Source: Psilocybe cubensis (taxonomy: Eukaryota). Taken from it: DNA of 64,000 bases. The stretch is taken from positions 62,001-126,000 of the forward strand of contig CM039009.1 of NCBI GenBank assembly GCA_017499595.2. Reading direction: 5' to 3'. A model generated the notes under the pieces. The model made no database searches. It was given only the letters and a program-made list of their open reading frames with translations, and was not told the DNA's origin. Numbering within the stretch: the stretch's first letter is position 1; every line of letters starts with the position of its first letter. A program made the position numbers and the translations under genes. Below are positions 39,054 through 49,888 of the stretch, piece by piece.

Positions 39054-40318
39054 ATGAACGCGGAAGAACAACTATTCATTAGATCATGGATACAAGGGAC
39101 ATTGCTCGGGACAGCAGCATTTGGTGGAAACGTTGTGCTTTTCACTCTTAACTTCAATCTTTTATGGAGCAGGTTGAAGGTGGAAAGGAAAGAAAATGGA
39201 AAGTACTCTTGCACAAGTATACTTTTACTGGTTTACATTGTCTCCGTCATATCGTTATGCATCGCCGTAGAAGCTCCCGAAGTGTTCGTCACTCAGCCTG
39301 GTCATAAACCAGCCATAGGAAGTAAAGATATAGAAAAAGCGTTCCCGAATGGATCCATTCTGTTCATATTTGAAGGCACCCCCAGTTTCATTGGGAACAC
39401 TGCGTCGGTTATGATCCAATGTTTTGTATCAGCCTTACAGGTGAGTCCATGACTTAATATCTCCTTTGCATTATACACTTATCTTGCTATCCAGCTGTGG
39501 AGATGCTTCGTCATTTACAGAAACTCGAGATCAAATGTATGGCTCTTAGTATCATTTCCAGTCTTGCTATCCGTTTCCTCCTTAGGTATACATATACTAA
39601 CAGGCTTGGCTATGGTTTGTCACTGACAAAGTACCCAGTTCTAGGAGTCGTATTCCTTGTTCAAATTTCAAGACCGGGAATTCCATCCCATTTTTCACTT
39701 AGATTGGTGTTTGCGTTTTCCCTAATGGCACTCTCTTCAAACCTAGTTTTCACTCTCATGATTGTCACGCGCCTTGTCATATACCATCATACAATCAAAA
39801 TGTTGGTGGGGAGTAAATATGCTAGTCATTATACCAGCATATCGTCCATGTTCATCGAATCGGCGGCGATTATCAACATCTTGGCGCTTCTCACTCTCAT
39901 TGGTGTGAAACTGAGGAGTCCAGTGGTTAGCCTTGTGCTTCTGAGCTACGGCCAGATTGAGGTGTGTTTATTGTTCCATATTTTCATCTTCATTGGGTGA
40001 AACTTTAAAATATAAATTTAGGCATTGGCCTCATTCATGATCATATACAGGGTGGCAAAAGGCACCGCATGGTCGTCTGGAACGGCCCACGAGTTGATTT
40101 CCCAGAACGTTGCAGGAAATGGCGGCTTCAATCCCAGCGTTCCCGATGCTGCGCGGCTTTCAGCAATGAGGTACAGAGTCTCACCGAACATGACGCAAAT
40201 CAGCACGTCATTCAATTTCACTCATGGCACCGGATCACTGAACGTCCTGTCAAGTTCGGTGACAGAGCCGAGTGTTGGACCAGCAACCTTCGAAGCACCC
40301 TCAGAAAGAGAGCAGTGA
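39054..40318 (+). CDS. Multi-exon polytopic (7TM-like) membrane protein
   Basis: Hydrophobic exons with (L)WRCFVIY, MIVTRL, YTSISSMFIESAAI and MIIYRVAKGTAW motifs typical of this basidiomycete family. Confidence 0.75.
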
Positions 40319-40803
40319 ACTACATACCGAGTACACACCTTTTATTGTGTCTGGACATGGACGATTTCACAGAAAGCTCGGATGATTGCCCCTAAGCATT
40401 ATATTATTGTAAAATATTTTGTAGAGTAGATTTTAACCCCTGTTGCCAGTCTTATGTCAAGACTCGAGCTGTACCACATATCCGTTTAGCAACCAAACAG
40501 TGGCCTTCGAAAAATTCCTGCAATGGCCTGAGGCTCACATTTAATGATGTTGCATAGACAGCTAACTAAAAACGCTAAAACTGTGAAACACACTATGACC
40601 GATTCACCATTATCATTCATGAAAGACACCGTGCCGAAGGCTCTGAGCTCAAGGTACTTATAAGGGTCAAAAAAGACACAAACGTCACAGATGTTAAATA
40701 ATTGTGATATCGTTCTCGCCGATTTAGTCCGCCCCAGGCTAAACGTAACGTTTGAATCTTTTTCCATTTTCCTGCCAGTTTGTAGGATGGATTGGTTACT
40801 TAC

Positions 40804-41069
40804 TGTGACGGGGCGCGTTATTCACACGGGTCCCGGCACACTGTCGAAGCTCAAATGACTGGATAAAGTGGTCTATTCCAGCTCGTCCTACCACTACTCA
40901 AACTACTCGTATTTATACTACTCTATCTACTTATTTACGTCATATGTTTATTGTTTTGAGCAAGGTTGAAGGCGACAGAAAGAAATAGAATATCTTCGAA
41001 CATATGAATAAATCTTCCGAAGATAAGATAAGATGTGCTTACAGATGAACGACTAGTGACTCCGTCACA
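40804..41069 (-). repeat. 3' LTR (266 bp) of the Gypsy element
   Basis: Perfect 8-bp terminal inverted repeat TGTGACGG...CCGTCACA; purine-rich PPT-like GGAGGGCGTA immediately upstream on the minus strand; the pol stop codon overlaps the LTR start. Confidence 0.8.
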
Positions 41070-43320
41070 TACGCCCTCCAGGCATTCCCTGGGAATGACT
41101 TTTCTTCGGTCCAGCCTTGGAATAAGGTTGAAAGCGTCGTTTCGGATTGGTAATCGAGTTGAGTACGAACTGATTGACTGACTTCATCTGCCTGACATTC
41201 GAAATTGAAGCTGAAATTTCCATCGCATTCTCGATCTCGGCGTTGGAAGGGAAAATAACTTCGAGAGGGAATCGCTTGGCAGTCGGAGGAGTGAGGACTT
41301 TGCCCTCGACGTTGAAAATCGTGAGGCGTGCTTTCGGGTTGGGATCCTCGTGTAAATAACTGATGAACTCATAATAACCGATGGGCAATATGAGTCGATT
41401 CGCGTCAGACTTGAGGGCTTTGTAAGCGAATGAGATATATTCCTTCAGTTGCGCGGCGTGAATGACATGGAGCATGCCGGCCGGATCGAGTATACCATAT
41501 TCGTAGCGTGACAAGTGAAATACCGTGGCAAAACCGTGCGCAGGGACCCGGAGAATATCGATGCAAGGTCGTCCCTGCAAGTCATGCGGAAGGGTGGTGA
41601 AGAACATCTGCGACATGTCGATTTGGTCGTGGTTGATTCCCGATTGACCTTCACCCGATGCGGGGGTCACAACGTTTGCCGTCGTAGGTGCGACAGGCGG
41701 AGTAATATTTGCAACGGTAGGTGTTTGGGTAGCGATCGTCGCGGCTGCAGCCGTGGGCAATTGAGTGACCGGCTGCGCTGGTGCAGGTGTCGGCATTAAG
41801 GTGGCCGCCGGTGCGGTTGGAACCATTGTGTCCGTGGGAGTTGTGCCAGACGCCGCTGCAGGACTTTGCGAATCTGGTGAGATATCCATGTTGTTGAACG
41901 AGGTAGTGAGATTAGAAGTCGTGGTGTCGGCGTGTGACATGTGAGCAATGAATACAGCCAGGTAAGATGAGTGGTGTGAAATAGAGCCTTCAGTATGTGA
42001 ACTGTAGGATTTATATATCGCTCTGGTGATTATTTCCTCATCTAATATGGTCATTAATCCGACAAAGATTTGTGGGTCGTCTGGTGTATCTTTGCGGATT
42101 TCTCTAGAAAGTTCGTTAACTGTCTTGGCACCTTTTGCCTCTAAGTATTCTTCAAGTTCCTGTAAGTGTTTCACTTCAGTGTATGGGAGCCAGCTCTTGT
42201 CTCCTGACCTCCAAAGTACTTCAAATATAATGTTATTACTGTCTTTACTGTGTGAGACGATTTTCTCTACTGCCCACTCGCCCTCCAAGTCTTCATCACT
42301 GAAGATTTGACCGTCCAGACGACCTGGAAACAAGCGGTCATCATTAGGTATATGAATCCGTAGCAAGGACGCGTGAAATACGTCATGCACACCCCTTTTT
42401 CGTAGGTTGGCCGAAATTTCCACGCAGTACGAATTGTTGCCGAAGTCCTCAATAATTCTATACGGTCCCACAAAACGAGGTGCTAGCTTAAAACTCAGTC
42501 CTTTAGGTAGTGTGAAATTTTTAGTGGAAACATACACAAAGTCACCTTTCTGAAATGGTGCCCGAGTTCGTTTCCTATTCGCATTACGAATTGTCTTTAC
42601 TCGAGACGCGATCATGCAATCATGTGCACGCATAATCGCCGACTTCATTCGTCTAGCAAATGCACGTACACCGGGAAATTCACTGGGCTGATTAGATTGC
42701 CACAAAAACGACCTAGGCATACGTCCCATGTTGAGAAAGAAAGGCGCAAAACCTGTACTCTCTGATCGTGCCGAGTTGATTGCAAATTCTATTGCTGGTA
42801 ACTTCTGTACCCAATCCTTTTGATTCATAGAAATACAATGCCGGAGCATCTGCGCCACTGTCTTATTGGCACGTTCAGTGGCGCCATCACTTTGCGGGTG
42901 GTAAGCACTGGACATTCTCAATTTAGTACCAATCAGTTTATGAAGCTCCTGCCAAAATTGACTAGTGAACCATTTATCACGGTCACTGACAATTGCATTT
43001 GGCAATCCGTGATGCTTGTAAACCTCAGCAAACACCAACTCCGCAATATCCTTAGCTTTGTAATTCATACGGCCGGGAACCAGGTGTACCATGCCAGTGA
43101 ATAAATCAATGATTACGGTGATCATATCAAATGATCCGTCTCTATTCTCTGACACGGGAAGCGGGCCCACAAAGTCTATACCTATAACTTCCCAAGGTTT
43201 TCTGTTCAACTCCAATGGATTCAGAAGGCCGTAGGGCTGCTTATGACTATCTTTCCCTCGCATGCAAAGTGTGCAAGATTTGCAGAAGCTGTCAACATCT
43301 TTAGCTAAGGAATGCCACCA
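41065..43320 (-). CDS. pol: Gypsy pol, 3' half: integrase (CC, DDE core, GPY/F), chromodomain, long C-terminal extension
   Basis: WWHSLAKDVDSFCKSCTLC, IGIDFVGPLP, IVSDRD, SAYHPQSDGATERAN, PRFVGPY, VFHASLL, chromodomain EWAVEKIVSH...FEVLW. Confidence 0.95.
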   Translation of the reverse strand, partial: WWHSLAKDVDSFCKSCTLCMRGKDSHKQPYGLLNPLELNRKPWEVIGIDFVGPLPVSENRDGSFDMITVIIDLFTGMVHLVPGRMNYKAKDIAELVFAEVYKHHGLPNAIVSDRDKWFTSQFWQELHKLIGTKLRMSSAYHPQSDGATERANKTVAQMLRHCISMNQKDWVQKLPAIEFAINSARSESTGFAPFFLNMGRMPRSFLWQSNQPSEFPGVRAFARRMKSAIMRAHDCMIASRVKTIRNANRKRTRAPFQKGDFVYVSTKNFTLPKGLSFKLAPRFVGPYRIIEDFGNNSYCVEISANLRKRGVHDVFHASLLRIHIPNDDRLFPGRLDGQIFSDEDLEGEWAVEKIVSHSKDSNNIIFEVLWRSGDKSWLPYTEVKHLQELEEYLEAKGAKTVNELSREIRKDTPDDPQIFVGLMTILDEEIITRAIYKSYSSHTEGSISHHSSYLAVFIAHMSHADTTTSNLTTSFNNMDISPDSQSPAAASGTTPTDTMVPTAPAATLMPTPAPAQPVTQLPTAAAATIATQTPTVANITPPVAPTTANVVTPASGEGQSGINHDQIDMSQMFFTTLPHDLQGRPCIDILRVPAHGFATVFHLSRYEYGILDPAGMLHVIHAAQLKEYISFAYKALKSDANRLILPIGYYEFISYLHEDPNPKARLTIFNVEGKVLTPPTAKRFPLEVIFPSNAEIENAMEISASISNVRQMKSVNQFVLNSITNPKRRFQPYSKAGPKKSHSQGMPGGRM

Positions 43321-43633
43321 CATCAGTAAATCCGGATTTTCGGAGGTAACTCAACGTATTGTCCTGCCAACCGGATGTAGCATCAAAGTGGGCTGTAGAC
43401 AGTATAGCGTCATGTGTCATCGGCGGGATGCTCCGTTGAGCTCTGTAGCATTCCAACATTACTACTGCGAGCTTTGGATTTTCCTAGCTATCTCTATGTA
43501 CGATTCCAGACTTAGGAGAGTTTGATGTCCAATGTGATTGGTCTCAGTAAAGCTCTTCAATCATATCAAGCAATAAAATGTACATTTTTAAAGGCAATTA
43601 AGTGTCTATTTACAATGTAGTATCTTGACCCTA

Positions 43634-44184
43634 TTAATGATCCTGACATTCTCGTATGAGATCCTGCCCATTACTAAGAAAGTGTAGAAACAAAGTAGTT
43701 ATCACTGTGACTCACCTCTACCGTTCGAATATGAATCTGGCCGTTGGCTATAATGGACATCCCTTGGGTCAATATGTGCTCGGGGCTGCCTGAGTCTGCA
43801 TCCCGAAGTGTCTCCTCCTAGTTATCTTAAGCAAGAGTATCAACTTGAAACTTGAAGAAACAGAAAACTCACGGCTCGTGCTTTGAGCCACTGGTCACCC
43901 TCGGTAATCTTGGCTTTAGCCAACGATAGTAACCTTGGGTCCAGGGTGGTCCAGTTAATTTCGTTGAAAAGGGCCAGGATGGCCAGTATCAGCCTGTTCT
44001 CGGTCAAAAGGACCATTTTTTGGGTCTGCTCAACTAACTGAGCCATTTCCAAGTCGTATTGCTGTCTTTGAGAAGCAAGTGAGGCGGCCTCTGGGAAAGT
44101 TGTAGGATGTATTAGATCTGGGAAAGTAGGGGCCAATACTTCTGCTTCGATTCGTAAAATTTCCTCATAGCTGATGATTTGCAT
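43634..44184 (-). CDS. Small helical hypothetical protein (element cargo), 3 exons
   Basis: MQIISYEEILRIEAE...WLKARA, GTGAGT intron, EETLRDADSG...IRTVE, GTGAGT intron, DLIRECQDH*. Confidence 0.55.
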
Positions 44185-44428
44185 GGTGTGTGATACGCTC
44201 ACTTTGTCGTAGTTGGAATTCAAGCTGAAAACAAACTTTGCGGGTATAAAAATTCTTCAGGGGTTCTGTATACGTAAAACAAAGTTCTATAGATTTTTCT
44301 AGGCTAGTCTAAGAAGATGCCTATCTAACTGAATGCGGGAGGAGCGCGCGTAGTGGTGGCAAGCAAAAGAGTGATTATTGAGAATGCGTACTACATGGCG
44401 CGGTCGTGAAAGTTGAAACTTATTGAGA

Positions 44429-45620
44429 CTATGTGGCAGTTGCAGCACTCTCACCAAAGGCGCATTTGCCGACCCAGAGTCGCCATTGCAAGGCTTGTGC
44501 GAGGGCACGTTCGCAGCGACCAATTTCACGAGGTGGGAGACCAGATAACCTTGCCCAAGCACGGTTAGAATAACACTTTTCTTGTGAAAATTTGGAGGCC
44601 AGGATGAGGGATGCCAGAAAGGCTCTACGGGGACACAGGAGGGGAGATGGCAAAGAAAGGGTGGTGGAAAGAGGAGCCGTTGAGACCTGCACATCTACGC
44701 TGGACAGAGAGTCTTGTGGATAGATGCACGATTCAGCCAGATCTTGTGAACCAGAATCGGCAACACGGAATGTTTGCATAGAATTGTCAATGAAATTATT
44801 GATGATGTTGATCTTGCCGGAGTTCTCAAGAGCAGTAAGCTCAGCATCCATCGCCAGCTCTTCTGGGGTAGCTTTCTGAATACTGCTTTTGGGCTGAGCA
44901 TAAGAGCGAATGCCGATGTTTTCCTCTTGCAAAATCTGTGGGACCTTGGGACGAATGGATTCTAGATAACATAGTGCTATCTGCAGTACGTTTTTAGATG
45001 TCCTTGAGTGGCGAAGGACTTTATAAACAAAAGACTTGAGGGGTAATATCTGATCGGATTTGGTGCCCGAGGCAAGCAAGAGGGTCGGGGAAGGGTTATG
45101 GCCGGATACGGAGGGATGACTGTTGTGTGGATGTATTGGATGTGTATGAGACGCTATGGATTGCAAATCGGAAGAGATCTGCTTGGAAGTTGGACGGGAA
45201 TGAGTAGGAGGAAAAGAGCTACCCCCTACTTTGGCGGGGGGTAGGAACACGGAAGGAATATCCTGAGGGTGCCAGATCTCGGACAAGGTGCTGACAGCTT
45301 GATCTGCAATGGAATTTAAAAAATAAAGTGAGTATCTCCGGCAAGGTGGGCGCTAATTGAGGACAGGACAGACCGGCAAGCCTTGAAAAAAATTTTTGTT
45401 TAGAAGAAGAGGCGCTCTGGGAAGAATCCTTTGGAATTTGCGCAGTGGTGGGTGGAATAGATGAGTGAGAACAACTTGATTCTGCAGAAATGAGACGGAT
45501 GGAGGGGTATTCAGTAGGTAATGATACAGAGGCATGGCAGGTATGGATTGTGGGAGAGAGGCCAATGCTTTCCTCTTGCAAATTTTGGGAACCTTGGGAC
45601 GAATGGCTTCGAGATAACAT
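44429..45620 (-). CDS. Pho80/Pcl (Clg1-like) cyclin-box protein, 373 aa, one intron 45304-45373 (element cargo)
   Basis: DQAVSTLSEIWHPQDIP, FVYKVLRHSRTSKNVLQIALCYL and SPLLCPRRAFLASLILASKFSQEKCYSNRAWARLSGLPPREIGRCERALAQALQWRLWV. The start codon is uncertain. Confidence 0.85.
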
Positions 45621-45965
45621 AGTGCTGTCTGCAGTATGTTTCCAGATGTCCTCAATCCTCAAAGGACTTCAGTGGGTAGAAATAGGGAGGGAATGTCTTG
45701 AGGGCGCCAGATCTCAGATAAGGTGCTGACAGCTTAATCTGCAATGGAATTGAAAAAATAAAGTGAGTATCTCCGGCAAGATGGGCGCTAATTGAGGACA
45801 GGACGGACCGACAAGACTGGAGGCGAATTTTTGTTTAGAGGAAGAGGCACTCTGGGAAGAATCCTTTGGAGTTTGGGCGGTGGTGAGCGGAAGATGAGCG
45901 AGAACGACTTGATTCTGCAGAGATGAGATGGATGGAGGGATATGCAGTAGGTGACGATGATACAG
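45230..45965 (-). repeat. Tandem partial duplication (~435-bp period) of the cyclin 5' exon/intron
   Basis: AAAATAAAGTGAGTATCTCCGGCAAG.TGGGCGCTAATTGAGGACAGGAC occurs at ~45321 and ~45756; there is also a second ILQTALCYLEAIRPKVPKI copy at ~45575-45645. Confidence 0.85.
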
Positions 45966-46112
45966 TGTGAGAAAGCGGGACTGGTGAGAAGCGGCTGTTG
46001 ATATTGATCCGAGTCGTCTTTGTGTACAACGAGGCCGGCGTGTTGGGTGATAATTTGAGTGGCAATGTGCATTAGGGATTGAAAACTTTGTGGGTTTCCT
46101 GAGGTGGATATG

Positions 46113-49100
46113 TTATGATGACAGGGCCAAATAGAGTTCTTTGTCAAAATATTTGTTTAATCGGAACTCGGTGCTAGTGGAATGACTGTTATGTGTAGTA
46201 AGGCTTCGCCTTGCCTTCTCGCCCATCTGAGGGACCAGATCAACCAGGGAGCGTATTTGATTCAATGGTAAAATTCCACCCATAATGGTGTTATCTGTAC
46301 GTTGACTTCGTTTTAATTTATACATGCCGGTTATTGGCTCTGGGTAAGGTCCACGGATCGCAGAACCTAGAGACTGTGGCTGATTTAAAACCTCAAAACG
46401 TTGGACGTATGCGAGAAATCTTCCAGTAATATCGGGAGACACAGTACTGGGTGTCTCTCCGACAATGCGAAAAATAATACGAATGTTGACGACAGAATGG
46501 CCTACAATATTGGCTGGTCAACGGGGTTCGGAAAAAAGTCACAAAGAAGTACTACCTTGAAGCCCGCTGCGAGGCCACTCCTCAGATTCATCCACGTTTA
46601 TGATTGCTGAATCGAAGTATCCAAAAGGATGTTTGTTAGATGGCGGATATGCATTAAGTGTGACTGCCTCCAGGATCTCATGAGGGTATTGGTACGCAGT
46701 CGACTGTATACGGACCTTATGCCATACCTCAAGTTTTGAATACGGCAACGGACAACCGGGAGGAGAAACACGCCTGCCAGTTATCCCCTTGATGTGATAA
46801 CCTCGAGAATTGGTCTGTCTCGGATTTGATTCCTTATTGATGAGTGACACATAATCGGCAATTGCTGGTCGTAGGTCGGGAATTTTAAAAATGCTCGCAA
46901 CCTCGTCGATATGCAATCTTTTGGAACTAGCATCCCTAGATAAATGGGCAACAACGTTTTTGCTGCAAGAAAATGTTCTGTAGGGGACTGGGCCTTCCAA
47001 TACGCCACGCTCATAGAGACTAGCTTTGTAGAAGTAATCCACAATGCGATTGGACTTTGCTGATTGAAAGGTTGTCATCGGCATGATTGTTGAAAGAAGT
47101 TCTGACGTTGTGTCCATCACAACCTCGCCGTTTTCCTCCCCCTCATCCCCCTCCTCCTGCTCCTCCTCATCCGTAATTGTTGCAGAGTGTATAGCCCGAA
47201 AATCAATCCTCATTTCTCGTATAGCTGTAAACAAATCGAAATTGCGCAATTTGTCACGACGATCAAGGTATCGACAAACTTGAGGCTCGTATCTTTGATT
47301 ATTGCTGGAACTGGAAGGGGCTTTGACCACCTCGATATGTGCATGCTCTGTCGTGTCTGCAGACCATTGGATTGCACATCCATTTAGTCTAATTGCGTGT
47401 ACTACACTTTGCAAAAACTCGAGTTTTGGAATATAGAAATTATCGATTGGGTTGTTTTTTTTACCTCGACGTGCTCCCGCGTCAAGGATGGCTTGTTTAT
47501 TGGCATGGAAATCTTGCAGTGCCTGCTCAATTCTGAGACACATTGCCTCGGAGATTGTTTGAGATTGTGCGAGATACCGAAAGTCCATCAGAGACCGGAT
47601 GGCTAAGATAAAGGGTGTACTGACTGTGTCTGCAATGAGAGCAACAATGTATCGCTGAACGTCCCGATGTTCCCTACCGGTCACTTGTTTCAAGGAAGAA
47701 ATCCCTTCCTTGAAGTGTCGGAAACCAGTGCGGTGCTGTAAAATCGAAAATCGAAAATCCAATTCGGAACCTCCGACTGCAGCAATGCACCATTTTGCAT
47801 CATGATCCCAGAACATCTTGTGCCAGTGATGAAGGGGTTCAGGCGTAAGGAATGCAGAAGGATCAGACAAGGGCCAATCTCTCCAAAACGGTAGGTGAAC
47901 CCCATTGAGACGGTGCTTTTTGCTTTCTTTTAGATATGGTTCGAGATGATTAGGGGGCTTAACATTGTTGATGGCCATGATGGTGTTGATTGTATGATCT
48001 GCAGTTCGGGAAGGGTGGCGAAAGGAATCCCCAAACGTCTCGTATTGTGCCAACGTCACAGAGGATGTGGATCCTGCGACGCAAGCCGCCAGAGCAGATT
48101 CTGGAGTATCAACGATAAGGGCAGCAAGCGGTGTAAAGCAGAAACGATTATTCCCCAATGCATCTGCCATGGTGGTTCCCACCCTCGCAGTTTGTTTGAC
48201 CGATTCTAGAGCAATGTCCATGCACTGGTGATATAGCCGTGCTGCCATCATCCCATTCACAGCTTTGGAGCGATGAAGAAACTTTGGTATGGGAAGAAGA
48301 ACAAAAAGAAGGAATAAATGATTTGACGATTTGTTTCTAACGTTCATCATTATGTTGGCAATGCTGATAAGGCCAGGGTAGGCGACACGGCCTCCGGTCA
48401 TGTTGGAAATGTTGGTTTTATCCGTGGAAATAATAGGAGGTACAAGTGTTGCTCCTTTTGGGAGCTGGTCCTTGGGAACCTTGTTATACTGTCGTCAAAC
48501 TTGGACAAAGGCATTGCTACTAACCTGCATAAAATGCGCAATGTCACCGCTAAACCACTCAGTGTATACCCGCATCATCTCGTTGCACTTGTCGAAGAGC
48601 TTGAATGGGCTAAAGTGCATGCTATCTTGGAGCAAGGGACTGATGAGAAGCGCCTTGATACATTCCAATCCATCGCGGTAAAAAAGCGTTAGCTGATTTT
48701 TGCTTGGTATTTCTGGTATAATCGTTTGACTCTTCCACTGCGGACCAGAGGGAAGGATCTCTGCCCGGTTGCGTAGATCTTTTGCCGACTTGTAGGACAA
48801 GTTGAGTTTTTTTATCTATACGGGATCGACTCAGCTGAAATAAATAATGATGGGAATGTACGCTCAATTACCAGTTCAAGTTTCAAAAAATCATTCAGCA
48901 TTCCTACGCTCATGTCAGAGCGAAGTAGGAACAGGGAGAGCTCCCATTCATCTTTCGAGGCAAAAGGATAGTACAAATTTTCCGCCCGCTGGGGTTCGAA
49001 TTGATCCTGTTTGAGCTGATCCATGAATGTAAGGCCTGTTCCAAATGCTCTTCCAGCCCCGTTATAATCCTCCTTCACGTACGGATAGTTGTATTTTGAT

Positions 49101-49417
49101 GCCTTGGGGGGTGGGTCATCTTCCATCTCTGATGACGCGCCAAGAAAATTGTCAATATAGTCCACTTCCATAAAATTACCAATTTCGGGAGAAGGGTCTC
49201 GAGATACGGGGGTTGCTGATCTAGATGTAGAGCTTGAACGATTGGACTGAAAATGCATAACGTTCTCATATTGAAAACAACATGCCGATTTTGGTTGATT
49301 GATGTGATTTTGGACATCTGCATGCTTAGCAAATGGCTTGTTGCATCGAGGACAACGCACACAGATTTCCTGAGTTCTCTTGCCCTTGCCCTTTCCCATG
49401 TTGAAACAACGACTCAT
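46113..49417 (-). CDS. Plavaka-type (CACTA/EnSpm-related) transposase, multi-exon
   Basis: N-terminal CPRC..H..C zinc finger, YYPFASKDEWEL, LSYKSAKDLRNRAEILPSGPQW, LFYRDGLECI, RVYTEWFSGD, GATLVPPIISTDKTNISNMTG, IVDTPE, PEPLHHWHK, WSADTTEHAHI. No stops in the exons. Confidence 0.9.
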
Positions 49418-49888
49418 ACAAAAGCGAAGATACGAAAAAAAAACTGATAATGTAATGTTCAGTAACGTGCAGTGGGTCTATAAATGTTATCTGATTATGT
49501 CTCCGTTAATACAAACAAATTTCACATGGGTTAGTATTCAACCAATCCGTAGTACAATCCAAGGAGGGCTTCGGAAGAGCTTTACTGTATATACGCACCA
49601 GAACAAAGACACTAACACATTTTTTGAAGTGGGTGGAAGAAGCATCAACAAACGTAAGTTAGTTGATTTCATTGACCTTGATGATAAATTCAAACGCACA
49701 GCAGTTACAGTAAAGCCAGAAGCTTTCATCCCAGCGAGTATTTGCGTATTGGTCTGGCGATACGAGCAGCACACAACTACAGATAATAAAACAATCGTCA
49801 TTATGTTACAGGACATACACGCCTTTCAGTACTAAATAAAACATGGCATGTATGTAAATCAAGATGTGTGTCAATGTGTTGTACAATA

